Shown: positions 43,650 to 52,226, numbered from the stretch's first letter. The stretch: 64,000 nucleotides of DNA from Verrucomicrobiota bacterium (GCA_037127835.1 JBAXXS010000001.1:5275-69274); one strand, 5' to 3'. Notes: generated by a model not told the origin, from the letters alone. Translations and numbers: made by a program.

Positions 43650-45977
43650 TTGAGAGATATTACTGACCCTTTGAGGATTGCTTTCCTTGGTGATTATTTG
43701 CCGAGGCTGTGCGGAATTGCAACGTTCACGCACGATCTGTGCGAGTCAATCGCGTCGATTGTCCCGGGTTGGGATTGCTTTGTCGCGGCAGTCAATGACC
43801 GCCCTGAAGGCTACGCCTACCCTCCGCGCGTGCGCTTTGAGATCTCGGAGAAGGATTTGAGCTCCTACCGGCGGATGGCAGATCTCCTGAACTTCAACAA
43901 TACCGACCTGCTCTGCGTACAGCATGAGTTCGGCATCTACGGGGGGGCTGCTGGCGGCCATCTGCTGGCCCTACTGAAGGAGGTTCGGATGCCGGTGGTC
44001 ACGACCCTTCATACGATCCTCAGCGATCCCGATGCGGCGCAGCGCAGGGTGATGGAGACATTGCTGTCGCGCAGCAGTCGTCTCGTCGTGATGTCCCGCA
44101 AGGGGCGTGAGATCCTGAAAGAAACCTACGGGGTCTCCGATGAGAAGGTGGATGTCATTCCACACGGCATACCTGATCTCGACTTTGTGGAATCCAGACT
44201 CTGCAAGGAACAGTTTGGTGTGGAAGGACGCCAGGTACTTCTTACCTTCGGTCTCATCGGACCCGGCAAGGGAATTGAGCACGCGATCGAGGCCCTGCCA
44301 GAGATCGTCCGAAGACATCCGAATGTCGTGTATCTGGTGCTTGGTGCAACGCATCCGCACCTGATGGCTAGTGAGGGGGAGCGTTATAGATTGAGTCTGG
44401 AAAGACTCGTCCAAGAACGCGGCGTCAAGGAGCATGTGATCTTTTACAACCGCTTTGTTTCATCGGATGACTTGAAGGAGTTTGTGGGTGCGACAGACAT
44501 CTATCTTACACCCTATCCGAACGAAGCGCAGGTTACCTCGGGCACCCTCTCCTATGTCATCGGTGCAGGAAAGGCCATTGTCTCCACTCCCTATTGGCAT
44601 GCACAGGAATTGCTTGCGGATGGACGAGGCATCCTGGTTCCGTTCCATAATCCCCAGGCCATCGCAGAGGGAGTTTGTGGCTTGCTTGATGACACTGTGC
44701 GTATGGAAAAGATCCGCAGGGATGCCTATGCCATGGGGCGAGAAATGATCTGGCCGACTGTTGCCAAACGCTACCTTCAAACCTTCGAGGAGGCCCGACG
44801 CGAACGACGGAATGATCCTCAAGTCGTAGTCGACTTCGATCGAAGGAGTGCTCCGCGTGCGGCTTTTGCGGGCTGGACGCTTGCCAGTCGTCCTCTGGAG
44901 CTCCCCCCCTTAAGGCTCGACCACATCATCCGCATGAGTGACGGCACGGGGATCTTCCAGCACGCGATTTTCAATGTGCCCAACTTTCACGAGGGCTATT
45001 GCACAGATGACAATGCGCGGGCCTACATACTCTGTAATCTGCTCGATGAGATCGGCGCCCAGCCTCCCATGGAGAATCTGGCCGCCCAGTCCACCTGCTA
45101 TCTTGCTTTTCTGGCCGCGGCTCTTGATCGGAACAGCGGACGCTTCCGTAACTTTATGAGTCACGGGCGCCAATGGCTTGAGGACGCCGGTAGCGAAGAC
45201 AGCCATGGGCGTGCCTTGTGGGGTCTCGGCTCAGGCGTGGGACGTTCGCGGAATGAGGGTCATCGGAAGCTGGCCGCGCAGATTTTTGAACTCGGGCTTG
45301 CCGCTGTTGAAGAATTCACTTCACCCAGAGCTTGGAATTTTGCCCTCCTGGGCATTCACGAGTATCAACGTCGTTTTCCGAACGAGGAAAAGACGAGTCT
45401 CCTGCGCGAAGTCCTCGTGGAAAGGCTCATCAAGCTCTGGAAAGAATATTCATCGGAGGACTGGCCCTGGTTTGAGGCGAGTCTCACCTATGATAATGCC
45501 CGCTTTTCGCAGGCGATGATCCTCAGCGGCGACTCGATGAACCATGAAGAAGCTCTCGCCATAGGACTCAAATCACTTCGCTGGCTGGCCTCGATCCAGA
45601 CGACTCAGCGTGGATGCTTTCGTCCCATCGGCAGCAATGGATTCTACCGGCGCGATGGTGAGCGAGCAGATTTCGACCAGCAGCCCCTGGAGGCCCTTGC
45701 TATGGTGTCGGCTTCCTGCGAGGCATTGCGGGTAACTGGGGATGCCATCTGGTCACCGGAGGCAAGGCGTTGCTTCGAGTGGTTCCTGGGACGTAATGAC
45801 CTGGATCTCCCTCTCTACGATTTCAGCACGGGCGGATGCAGTGACGGGCTCCATCACGACAGGGTGAGTGAAAACCAGGGTGCGGAATCCTCACTAGCCT
45901 TCCACCTCTCACTCGCGGAAATGAAATCAGCTGAACACATCACCCCCTTCATGCCTCTCCAACCTGTCTCCGCATGA
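43650..45977 (+). CDS. GT4-family (GT-B) glycosyltransferase fused to a ~370-aa C-terminal helical-repeat domain
   Basis: Residues ~1-400 read as a GT4 retaining glycosyltransferase (IAFLGDYLPRLCGIATF, LLCVQHEFGIYGG, VIPHGIP, LTFGLIGPGKGIE, YLTPYPNEAQVTSGTLSYVIGAGKAIVSTP). Residues ~400-775 have W/F-rich helical repeats (WPWFEASLTYDNARFSQA, NQGAESSLAF) that suggest an (alpha/alpha)6-toroid. The start is TTG and uncertain. Confidence 0.8.
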   Translation: MRDITDPLRIAFLGDYLPRLCGIATFTHDLCESIASIVPGWDCFVAAVNDRPEGYAYPPRVRFEISEKDLSSYRRMADLLNFNNTDLLCVQHEFGIYGGAAGGHLLALLKEVRMPVVTTLHTILSDPDAAQRRVMETLLSRSSRLVVMSRKGREILKETYGVSDEKVDVIPHGIPDLDFVESRLCKEQFGVEGRQVLLTFGLIGPGKGIEHAIEALPEIVRRHPNVVYLVLGATHPHLMASEGERYRLSLERLVQERGVKEHVIFYNRFVSSDDLKEFVGATDIYLTPYPNEAQVTSGTLSYVIGAGKAIVSTPYWHAQELLADGRGILVPFHNPQAIAEGVCGLLDDTVRMEKIRRDAYAMGREMIWPTVAKRYLQTFEEARRERRNDPQVVVDFDRRSAPRAAFAGWTLASRPLELPPLRLDHIIRMSDGTGIFQHAIFNVPNFHEGYCTDDNARAYILCNLLDEIGAQPPMENLAAQSTCYLAFLAAALDRNSGRFRNFMSHGRQWLEDAGSEDSHGRALWGLGSGVGRSRNEGHRKLAAQIFELGLAAVEEFTSPRAWNFALLGIHEYQRRFPNEEKTSLLREVLVERLIKLWKEYSSEDWPWFEASLTYDNARFSQAMILSGDSMNHEEALAIGLKSLRWLASIQTTQRGCFRPIGSNGFYRRDGERADFDQQPLEALAMVSASCEALRVTGDAIWSPEARRCFEWFLGRNDLDLPLYDFSTGGCSDGLHHDRVSENQGAESSLAFHLSLAEMKSAEHITPFMPLQPVSA

Positions 45978-47464
45978 TGAACTCCATTAATCTTCGACGC
46001 CATGAGGTGGTACTTCTACCCGATAGTGCACGCGTTATTATCCGCCCCTTTATTCCCGAGGATCCCCATCGGATCACCACCATTATAGGTCGCGCGCTTG
46101 CCCTGAGTGATGAGGAGGTCGGAAGCGAACTGGATTCCGTCCTGAGTGAGTTCGACTCGCGCCATTTCGATATTGAGTCATTGCTTGAGGGGCACTTTGG
46201 AAAAGTGAGTCACCATGTCTTTACTCAGCGGCCGCTTTCCCGTGAGCGTCAGTTACTTATCGGGGCGCTTTTCTCGGGAGAATATGCGCTCGAATCAGCG
46301 GCCATCTTCAACCCCTCCATCGTTCCTCATCCTGATCAAGGCGGAGTCCCGGAGGGTGGGCTTCGTTTCATTATGAGCCTGCGAGCCACGGGAGAGGGTC
46401 ATATCTCCTCCATTGAATTTCGATCAGGAATTATCGCCAACGATGGAGCGATTGCCCTAGATCCCGTCTCACGTTTCGTTACGGTTCCCGAAGTCCTGCC
46501 TAATCCCAGCTACTACAAGAAACGTTTCACTATCAAGCTGGCAGAGATGGGTTTCGATGAATGTCATGAGGGTGACGTGCTGCGGAAAACCCATGCCGCC
46601 GCGGTGATGGGTGAGCTCTCGGAAAACTTCACGCGTCATGATCTGAACGCGAGGGTGGATGCCGTACGAGTTCAAACCCAGCCCCCGACTCGCGACCTCG
46701 ACCGGACGCTGGACTGCATCCAATGGTTGGCCGATTCCAATTACGAACTCTGTTTTTCGGACAAGCTCGCAATGAGCGAACGGATCATCTTTCCGGTTTC
46801 GTCTAGCGAATCCTCCGGCATTGAGGACGCACGGTTCGTCCGGTTCATCGAGGATGATGGTTCGGTCATGTATTATGCGACGTACACGGCTTATAACGGA
46901 CGATCCATTCTGCCACAGCTCATCGAAACCAAGGATTTCCTGCACTTCCGCATCCTGACGCTTAACGGAAGTGCCGTGCAGAACAAGGGGATGGCACTTT
47001 TTCCCCGCCGCATCAATGGGCGTTACGCCATGCTCTCGCGCCAGGACGATGAGAACCTTTTCATCATGTTCTCGGATAGCCCTCATTACTGGAGCGATCC
47101 GCAAGTGATCCTGCGCCCTGCGGAAATGTGGGAGTCGGTGAAGATCGGCAATTGCGGCTCGCCCATCGAGACGGAGGCCGGTTGGCTTGTCATCACACAC
47201 GGGGTCGGGCCCATGAGGAAATACTGCATAGGTGCCGCCCTGCTCGAGTTGAACGATCCTACGAAGGTGATCGGGCGTCTTCGTGAGCCTCTTCTCTCAC
47301 CTATCGGAGCTGAACGTGAGGGATATGTCCCCAATGTCGTCTATAGTTGTGGTTCTCTACTTCATGGGCGTGAGCTGATTCTTCCATTTGCCGTGAGCGA
47401 CCGCGCCTCCGCCGTCGTCAGTGTTCCGTTGGATCCCTTGATTGCGTTGCTGAAGTCCGCTTAG
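45974..47464 (+). CDS. GH130-like (DUF377 / PH1107-related glycosidase-phosphorylase fold) protein with ~170-aa N-terminal extension
   Basis: It shows beta-propeller signatures (GIEDARFVRF...YYATYTAYNG, NKGMALFPRRINGRYAMLSR, KIGNCGSPIETEAGWLVITHGVG, YCIGAALLEL, VPNVVYSCG). Its ATG overlaps the upstream stop (ATGA at 45974-45977). Confidence 0.75.
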   Translation: MMNSINLRRHEVVLLPDSARVIIRPFIPEDPHRITTIIGRALALSDEEVGSELDSVLSEFDSRHFDIESLLEGHFGKVSHHVFTQRPLSRERQLLIGALFSGEYALESAAIFNPSIVPHPDQGGVPEGGLRFIMSLRATGEGHISSIEFRSGIIANDGAIALDPVSRFVTVPEVLPNPSYYKKRFTIKLAEMGFDECHEGDVLRKTHAAAVMGELSENFTRHDLNARVDAVRVQTQPPTRDLDRTLDCIQWLADSNYELCFSDKLAMSERIIFPVSSSESSGIEDARFVRFIEDDGSVMYYATYTAYNGRSILPQLIETKDFLHFRILTLNGSAVQNKGMALFPRRINGRYAMLSRQDDENLFIMFSDSPHYWSDPQVILRPAEMWESVKIGNCGSPIETEAGWLVITHGVGPMRKYCIGAALLELNDPTKVIGRLREPLLSPIGAEREGYVPNVVYSCGSLLHGRELILPFAVSDRASAVVSVPLDPLIALLKSA

Positions 47465-47537
47465 GTAACCATTTATCAGAGGCGCCCTAGACGCTTCTTG
47501 CACATTCCCGATCAATGAGGGTAGGGTCTTCCACCTC

Positions 47538-47611
47538 CGGGGCGTAGCTCAGCTTGGTAGAGCGCTTGGTTTGGGACCAAGAAGTCGCAGGTTCGAATCC
47601 TGTCGCCCCGA
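47538..47611 (+). tRNA. tRNA-Pro (anticodon UGG), CCA not encoded
   Basis: Hand-folded. Acceptor is CGGGGCG/CGCCCCG, D arm GCTC/GAGC, anticodon stem CTTGG/CCAAG with loop TTTGGGA, and T arm GCAGG-TTCGAAT-CCTGT. The discriminator is A. Confidence 0.9.
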
Positions 47612-47791
47612 TTTTTCTTTCGACAGGATGAGAACTTCAGTTCGATTGATTCGCTCGCGCCCGCTCGGCTCACCCTAAAGGGCTGTGCTGCCGCACAGTC
47701 TATCCATGCCGACCCCTCGGCGATGTATTGCCTGCGCTGTGCGCATTGCTCCTGAGCGAAGCCATTTTTGCAGAGCCCAGCCTGCTGGGAT

Positions 47792-47813
47792 AATCCTGTC
47801 GCCCGATTTTTTT
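47792..47813 (+). repeat. Direct repeat of the tRNA-Pro 3' end plus its T-run
   Basis: AATCCTGTCGCCCGATTTTTTT matches AATCCTGTCGCCCCGATTTTT at 47596-47616 with one C deleted. It lies 196 bp downstream of the original. Confidence 0.8.
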
Positions 47814-47901
47814 ACTGCCTCCTACTCTGTTTCTGCTCTGTGCGGATGCACGAAAGCATTTACACGTCCTCCGATTCCTGCGATTTTCCTACCAGAAAGC
47901 A

Positions 47902-49233
47902 ATGGCCAGAGACCTCTTCCAGAAGTGCCGAGAGTATAGCGATTCGGCAGATGCCCGAGCCCAGGGATTCTACCCGTATTTCCGCTGCATCGAGCAGAGC
48001 TACGGGAACCATGTTGTCTGCGGCGGCGAGGAGAAGATCATGATCGGGTCGAACAACTACCTCGGTCTGGCCCAGGATCCCCGTATCGTTGAGGCGGCCT
48101 GCGATGCGACCCGCCAGTTTGGTGCCGGATGCACCGGTTCCCGCCTGCTTAATGGCACAATCTCCCTCCATAATGAACTGGAAGAGGCGTTGGCAGCGTT
48201 CCTTGGCCGTGAAAGCGCCCTTCTTTTTTCCACCGGTTTTTTTGCCAATCAGGGTGCTCTTGCCGCTCTGACCGAGGCCGATGATTTCATTCTCTGCGAC
48301 CGTGAGAACCATGCCTCGATCATCGAAGGTTGCCAGGTAGCCCCGGCAAAGCTGGTTCCCTACCGTCACAACTCTGAGGATGCTCTTCGCAACAGACTCA
48401 AGCGCATCCCTGAGGAGTCAGGCCGTCTCATTATCATGGATGGCGTCTTCAGTATGTCCGGTGATATGGCTGACCTGCCGCCGATGGTGAAGGCAGCCAA
48501 GGAATATGACGCCATCATGTATGTCGACGAGGCCCATTCACTCGGTGTGGTCGGACCTCAAGGGCGCGGCGTGGTCCATCACTTCGGGGTCAATGACGAT
48601 GTCGAGATCGTCATGGGGACCTTTTCCAAGTCGTTCGGTTCCATGGGTGGTTTCATCTCCGGTTCGCATGAGATGATCGAGTTCGTAAAGCACAAGGCCC
48701 GCTGCTTCATCTTCACTGCCTCGCTCGCTCCAGCCGTGGTCGGTGGAGTCCTCAAGGCCCTCGAAATCATGCAGGCGGAACCGGAGCGCATTGAGATGCT
48801 CTGGCGCAACACCCGCAAGATGCATGAAGGGTTCAAGTCGATCGGATTCAAGATCGGCTCGACCCAGAGCCCGATCGTTCCGATCCTTATCGGCAGCGAG
48901 GCCAAAGCGTTCGCCTTCGCCCAGCGTCTCTTCGAGGAGGGTGTCTTCGCCATACCCGCTATTTACCCAGCCGTTCGTTATGGTGAGGCGATCGTCCGCA
49001 CCAGTTTCATGTCGACCCATACGGAGGAGGATCTGGACAAGGTACTCGACATCTTCGCCAAGATTGCGAGAGAACTAGGGACTTTCGATGACCCAGCATA
49101 CACAGAACCAGGCCGCCGCCGGAACGTTTTCGATTTTGCCCTGCCTCAGCGCGGCGGAGCTGAAGAAGTTCGAGTCGATTCCGGAAATTCTTCACGGAAC
49201 GGATCCGAGCTTCACGCCGCCGTTTCCCGGTAG
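47902..49233 (+). CDS. Alpha-oxoamine synthase, serine-palmitoyltransferase-like
   Basis: Motifs are IGSNNYLGL, FGAGCTGSRLLNGT, FSTGFFANQGA, VPYRHNS, DEAHSLG, the PLP-lysine GTFSKSFGSMGG, and IFTASL. The conserved fold ends near residue ~393 (IARELG). The last ~48 codons run on into the next gene. Confidence 0.85.
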   Translation: MARDLFQKCREYSDSADARAQGFYPYFRCIEQSYGNHVVCGGEEKIMIGSNNYLGLAQDPRIVEAACDATRQFGAGCTGSRLLNGTISLHNELEEALAAFLGRESALLFSTGFFANQGALAALTEADDFILCDRENHASIIEGCQVAPAKLVPYRHNSEDALRNRLKRIPEESGRLIIMDGVFSMSGDMADLPPMVKAAKEYDAIMYVDEAHSLGVVGPQGRGVVHHFGVNDDVEIVMGTFSKSFGSMGGFISGSHEMIEFVKHKARCFIFTASLAPAVVGGVLKALEIMQAEPERIEMLWRNTRKMHEGFKSIGFKIGSTQSPIVPILIGSEAKAFAFAQRLFEEGVFAIPAIYPAVRYGEAIVRTSFMSTHTEEDLDKVLDIFAKIARELGTFDDPAYTEPGRRRNVFDFALPQRGGAEEVRVDSGNSSRNGSELHAAVSR

Positions 49234-50239
49234 TGTCGTCGGCCTTATTGGCCCGAAGTCCGTTTTCTTAAAGAAGCACGGGGAGATTATTCCCCTCATC
49301 GCGTACCGCGATGGGAAGCCAGTCGGGCGCATTGCTGCCATTGTCAACCGCTCCCACAACAACTATAGCAAGGACTCAGTCGGCTTTTTCGGATTCTTCG
49401 ATTTCATCAACGACTCCTCGGTGGCAAAAGCGCTTATCGATGCGGCGGCTAAGATCCTGAAGGAGAAAGGTATGACCATCATGCGTGGTCCTTATAACCC
49501 GTCCATCAATGACGATTGTGGGGTGCTGACTGAGGGGAATGACAGGCCGACCTCTGTTTCGATGCCTTGGAATCCCCCTTATTATGCGGAGGTCTACAAG
49601 GCAGCGGGCCTGGAGGTCGTCCGCACTCTTGCCGCCTATGATGTTCCGCTGCACAACGATCCTCCTGAGCGAGTGAGCAAGATCGTGAATCGCATTAGAA
49701 ATCGTAACAGCGTTACAGTGCGGTCCCTCGATATGAAAAATCTGCCGAAGGAAATGGAGATTATTCATCGGCTCTACAACATCACACTGGATCGGAACTG
49801 GGGATTCTATCCGATCGCGTTGGATGATTTGCTTCACTCTGCTGATGACCTTAAGGCGATCGCAGATCCCAAGATGATTTTTTTTGTCTGCATGGATGGA
49901 AAGGAGGTCGGATTCTCACTCACCCTCCCGAATGTGAACGAGGTGTTCCATGCCTCCCGAGGCCGCAAGGGGATCCTCCGCTTTATGGAGATGGCGCTAC
50001 GACTACAGATCTGCAAGCCAAAGACCAGTCGACTTTGCGTGTTGGGTGTCGAGCCCGATTATCGCGACAAGGGACTAAGCGCTCTCCTCTTTTATGAGAG
50101 CTTCATGGTTTCAAAAGTGAAGCACAGCGTTGTGGAAGTCTCTTGGGTGGAAGCCAACAATGTGGAGATTCTTGAGGCCGCGAAACTCATGGGAGGCCAT
50201 TGTTCCCGGACCTACGAGATTTTCGAGAAGGCTCTCTAG
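49088..50239 (+). CDS. N-acyltransferase-like protein (GNAT-type motif A in C-terminal half), function unknown
   Basis: 383 aa, with GRIAAIVNRSHN, FGFFDF, MRGPYNPSINDDCGVL and a C-terminal LGVEPDYRDKGLSALL (an R-x-x-G-x-S/A acetyl-CoA-binding-type motif). Its first 146 nt overlap the upstream ORF in another frame. Confidence 0.6.
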   Translation: MTQHTQNQAAAGTFSILPCLSAAELKKFESIPEILHGTDPSFTPPFPGSVVGLIGPKSVFLKKHGEIIPLIAYRDGKPVGRIAAIVNRSHNNYSKDSVGFFGFFDFINDSSVAKALIDAAAKILKEKGMTIMRGPYNPSINDDCGVLTEGNDRPTSVSMPWNPPYYAEVYKAAGLEVVRTLAAYDVPLHNDPPERVSKIVNRIRNRNSVTVRSLDMKNLPKEMEIIHRLYNITLDRNWGFYPIALDDLLHSADDLKAIADPKMIFFVCMDGKEVGFSLTLPNVNEVFHASRGRKGILRFMEMALRLQICKPKTSRLCVLGVEPDYRDKGLSALLFYESFMVSKVKHSVVEVSWVEANNVEILEAAKLMGGHCSRTYEIFEKAL

Positions 50240-50283
50240 CCTCTGCAAAGATTCTCCTGATCGAGATCGGGAATCACTTTTTT

Positions 50284-51285
50284 ATGGAACTTCTGCTGAC
50301 TGGCTCCACGGGATTTGTAGGACGGAATCTGTTGCTTAAGCTTCATCGTGACTCCCGCTGGAGCCGGATCATTCTTCCGGTTCGCGATCTGGAAAAGCTC
50401 CGCTCCCAACTTGAGGGTGAGGGGATCTCCGACGAGCGATTCGCCCCCTGCCGTGTCACCGGGGACTTCTGGACGCTCCCTCCGGGTACGTCTCCTGATC
50501 TAGTAATCCATGCGGCAGGGCTGCTCTTTGCACGGAGCCGCGAGGAGTATTTTGCAACGAATGTTGAGGGAACCCTGCGCCTGATGGCCCAGTTGCCGAG
50601 GACGGCCCGGATCATCGTTCTCTCCTCCCAGGCCGCTGGAGGGCCCACGGCGCGGGGGAAGAATGCGCGCTCGATGGATGACGAGGATCAACCCGTCTCC
50701 CTTTATGGTGCATCGAAGCTCACCATGGAGAGGGAACTTCGCAATCGCCTCGGTCGTCGCCTCCTGATCCTGCGCCCACCGATGGTGCTCGGGCCGCGCG
50801 ATGCTGCCACGCTTCCACTCTTCAAGATGGCTGCCGGTGCCGTGCGGGTTAAGCCGGGCTTCGCTCCGAAGCATTACAGCTGGATCGATGTCGAGGATCT
50901 GTGCAACGCGATTCTGGCGGCTGCGCTTATTGCGCCCGCCGACTGGGAAAAGCATGGTCCCTTCTATCTCGGCTCCCTTACCACGATCACTGACCATGAA
51001 TTAATTGCGACGGCTGCCAAGGCCATCAATGCGCATGGAATTACGCTAGCGCTGCCTCATGCTGCGATCCAACTCGCTTCTCTGGCCATCGACATCGTCT
51101 CGGCATGGCGAGCCGCCGCACCCAGCCTGGGGCGTGACCGCGTGCGGGAAATTCTGCCCGACCGCTGGGTCTGCGATTCGGATCCCTTTTCCGAACATTT
51201 CGGATGGAGTCCCCGTTTAGAAGGCAACCTTGAGAACACCCTACGCTCCACGGCGGAGTGGTTGAAGAAACAGGGAAAGATCTGA
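50284..51285 (+). CDS. NAD(P)-dependent epimerase/dehydratase-family extended SDR
   Basis: The Rossmann motif is LLLTGSTGFVGRNL and the catalytic motif is SLYGASK. ATG at 50284 is preferred over the ORF-track start at 50200. Confidence 0.85.
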   Translation: MELLLTGSTGFVGRNLLLKLHRDSRWSRIILPVRDLEKLRSQLEGEGISDERFAPCRVTGDFWTLPPGTSPDLVIHAAGLLFARSREEYFATNVEGTLRLMAQLPRTARIIVLSSQAAGGPTARGKNARSMDDEDQPVSLYGASKLTMERELRNRLGRRLLILRPPMVLGPRDAATLPLFKMAAGAVRVKPGFAPKHYSWIDVEDLCNAILAAALIAPADWEKHGPFYLGSLTTITDHELIATAAKAINAHGITLALPHAAIQLASLAIDIVSAWRAAAPSLGRDRVREILPDRWVCDSDPFSEHFGWSPRLEGNLENTLRSTAEWLKKQGKI

Positions 51286-51364
51286 ACTGGAAAAACCTGA
51301 GTGGGCACTAGAGATCTCGGTTCTTCATTTCACCTTTCAGGTCTCAAGTTTCATCCCTCAACGA

Positions 51365-52102
51365 TCAATTCATACCGGGATCATCCGGTGCCTGGGCGAG
51401 CAAATGATGCATCGATCCAAGTTTTTTCATGATCGCCTTCCAGCGCGTGATGCCATCTTCAGTAGTGCTCACAGGGTGCAGCATGTCGGCTGTGGGTTTA
51501 AGAAGGTGCCAGGATTGTTCAGCGATCTCTTGCTCGAGTTGTCCTGCCGTCCATCCTGCATAGCCGGTAAAAGCCCTGAGATTCTGATGTTTGTTATGAA
51601 CGGAGCCGGGAGCGCCATCCTGATCTTCTTCAGCATTCAGTTGGAAAAGATCCTCCTCTCCGAGCGATTGGAAACGCACCCCCGTTTCCTTCCAGAGCAG
51701 GCGGGTCAGGATCAGATGCTGCTGTTCCACAGGGCCTCCCTCGAAAACAGGCACGGCGTCTAAATCCATCGGTGACTCAGTTAGTTCCCCCAGGCTCTCA
51801 TTCCTAGGGCGGTTCAGGATGAAACCCATGGCGCCCTCCTGATCGTGGTGGGTAAGGAAGAGTATGGAACGCCGGAAACTCGGGTCCCGTAGGGACGGAA
51901 GAGCTACTAGAAGTAAGCCTGCGTAGTGAGATTCAGCTGGAAGAGGTTGCTTAAGACGCACGGAAGTATTTTCAACCCTCTTGAGGGACAGATCAATCCT
52001 GGATGGCGAAGTTGGATGCTGGATACTTGAGGGAGCACTATCGGAGAGTGCTGAAAAAATGTGAAAAGGGTGGCAGATTGTGGGCTGCAATAAAAAAATC
52101 AA
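51365..52102 (-). CDS. YqgE/AlgH-family protein (UPF0301)
   Basis: The conserved core is GLLLVALPSLRDPSFRRSILFLTHHDQEGAMGFILNRP...FEGGPV...AFTGYAGWTAGQLEQEI. The 5' end is uncertain: the ORF begins with TTG, and the first ~60 aa are not family-like. Confidence 0.75.
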   Translation of the reverse strand: MIFLLQPTICHPFHIFSALSDSAPSSIQHPTSPSRIDLSLKRVENTSVRLKQPLPAESHYAGLLLVALPSLRDPSFRRSILFLTHHDQEGAMGFILNRPRNESLGELTESPMDLDAVPVFEGGPVEQQHLILTRLLWKETGVRFQSLGEEDLFQLNAEEDQDGAPGSVHNKHQNLRAFTGYAGWTAGQLEQEIAEQSWHLLKPTADMLHPVSTTEDGITRWKAIMKKLGSMHHLLAQAPDDPGMN

Positions 52103-52226
52103 AAAATCTCTTGCCCCTAAGGACCGGATCAGCTTTTATTCCCACCCTTTTTCGCCGTAAACGGCACTAGGCAGACTCGCGCATTCTTTTTCAACTTTCC
52201 TTTTTCACCCTCTCCAAACTCGAACC

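Noticed and set aside
47498-47527. A possible sigma-70-type promoter for tRNA-Pro (TTGCAC, 17-18 nt, TAGGGT).
   Set aside because: The -10 matches only 3 of 6 positions, and promoter consensus for this lineage is unknown to me. The evidence is too weak to list as a feature.
47685-48043. ORFs of 84 and 91 aa (47685-47939 and 47768-48043) between tRNA-Pro and the SPT-like gene.
   Set aside because: They run across the duplicated tRNA 3' end and into the well-supported SPT-like gene in other frames. Their composition is not protein-like.
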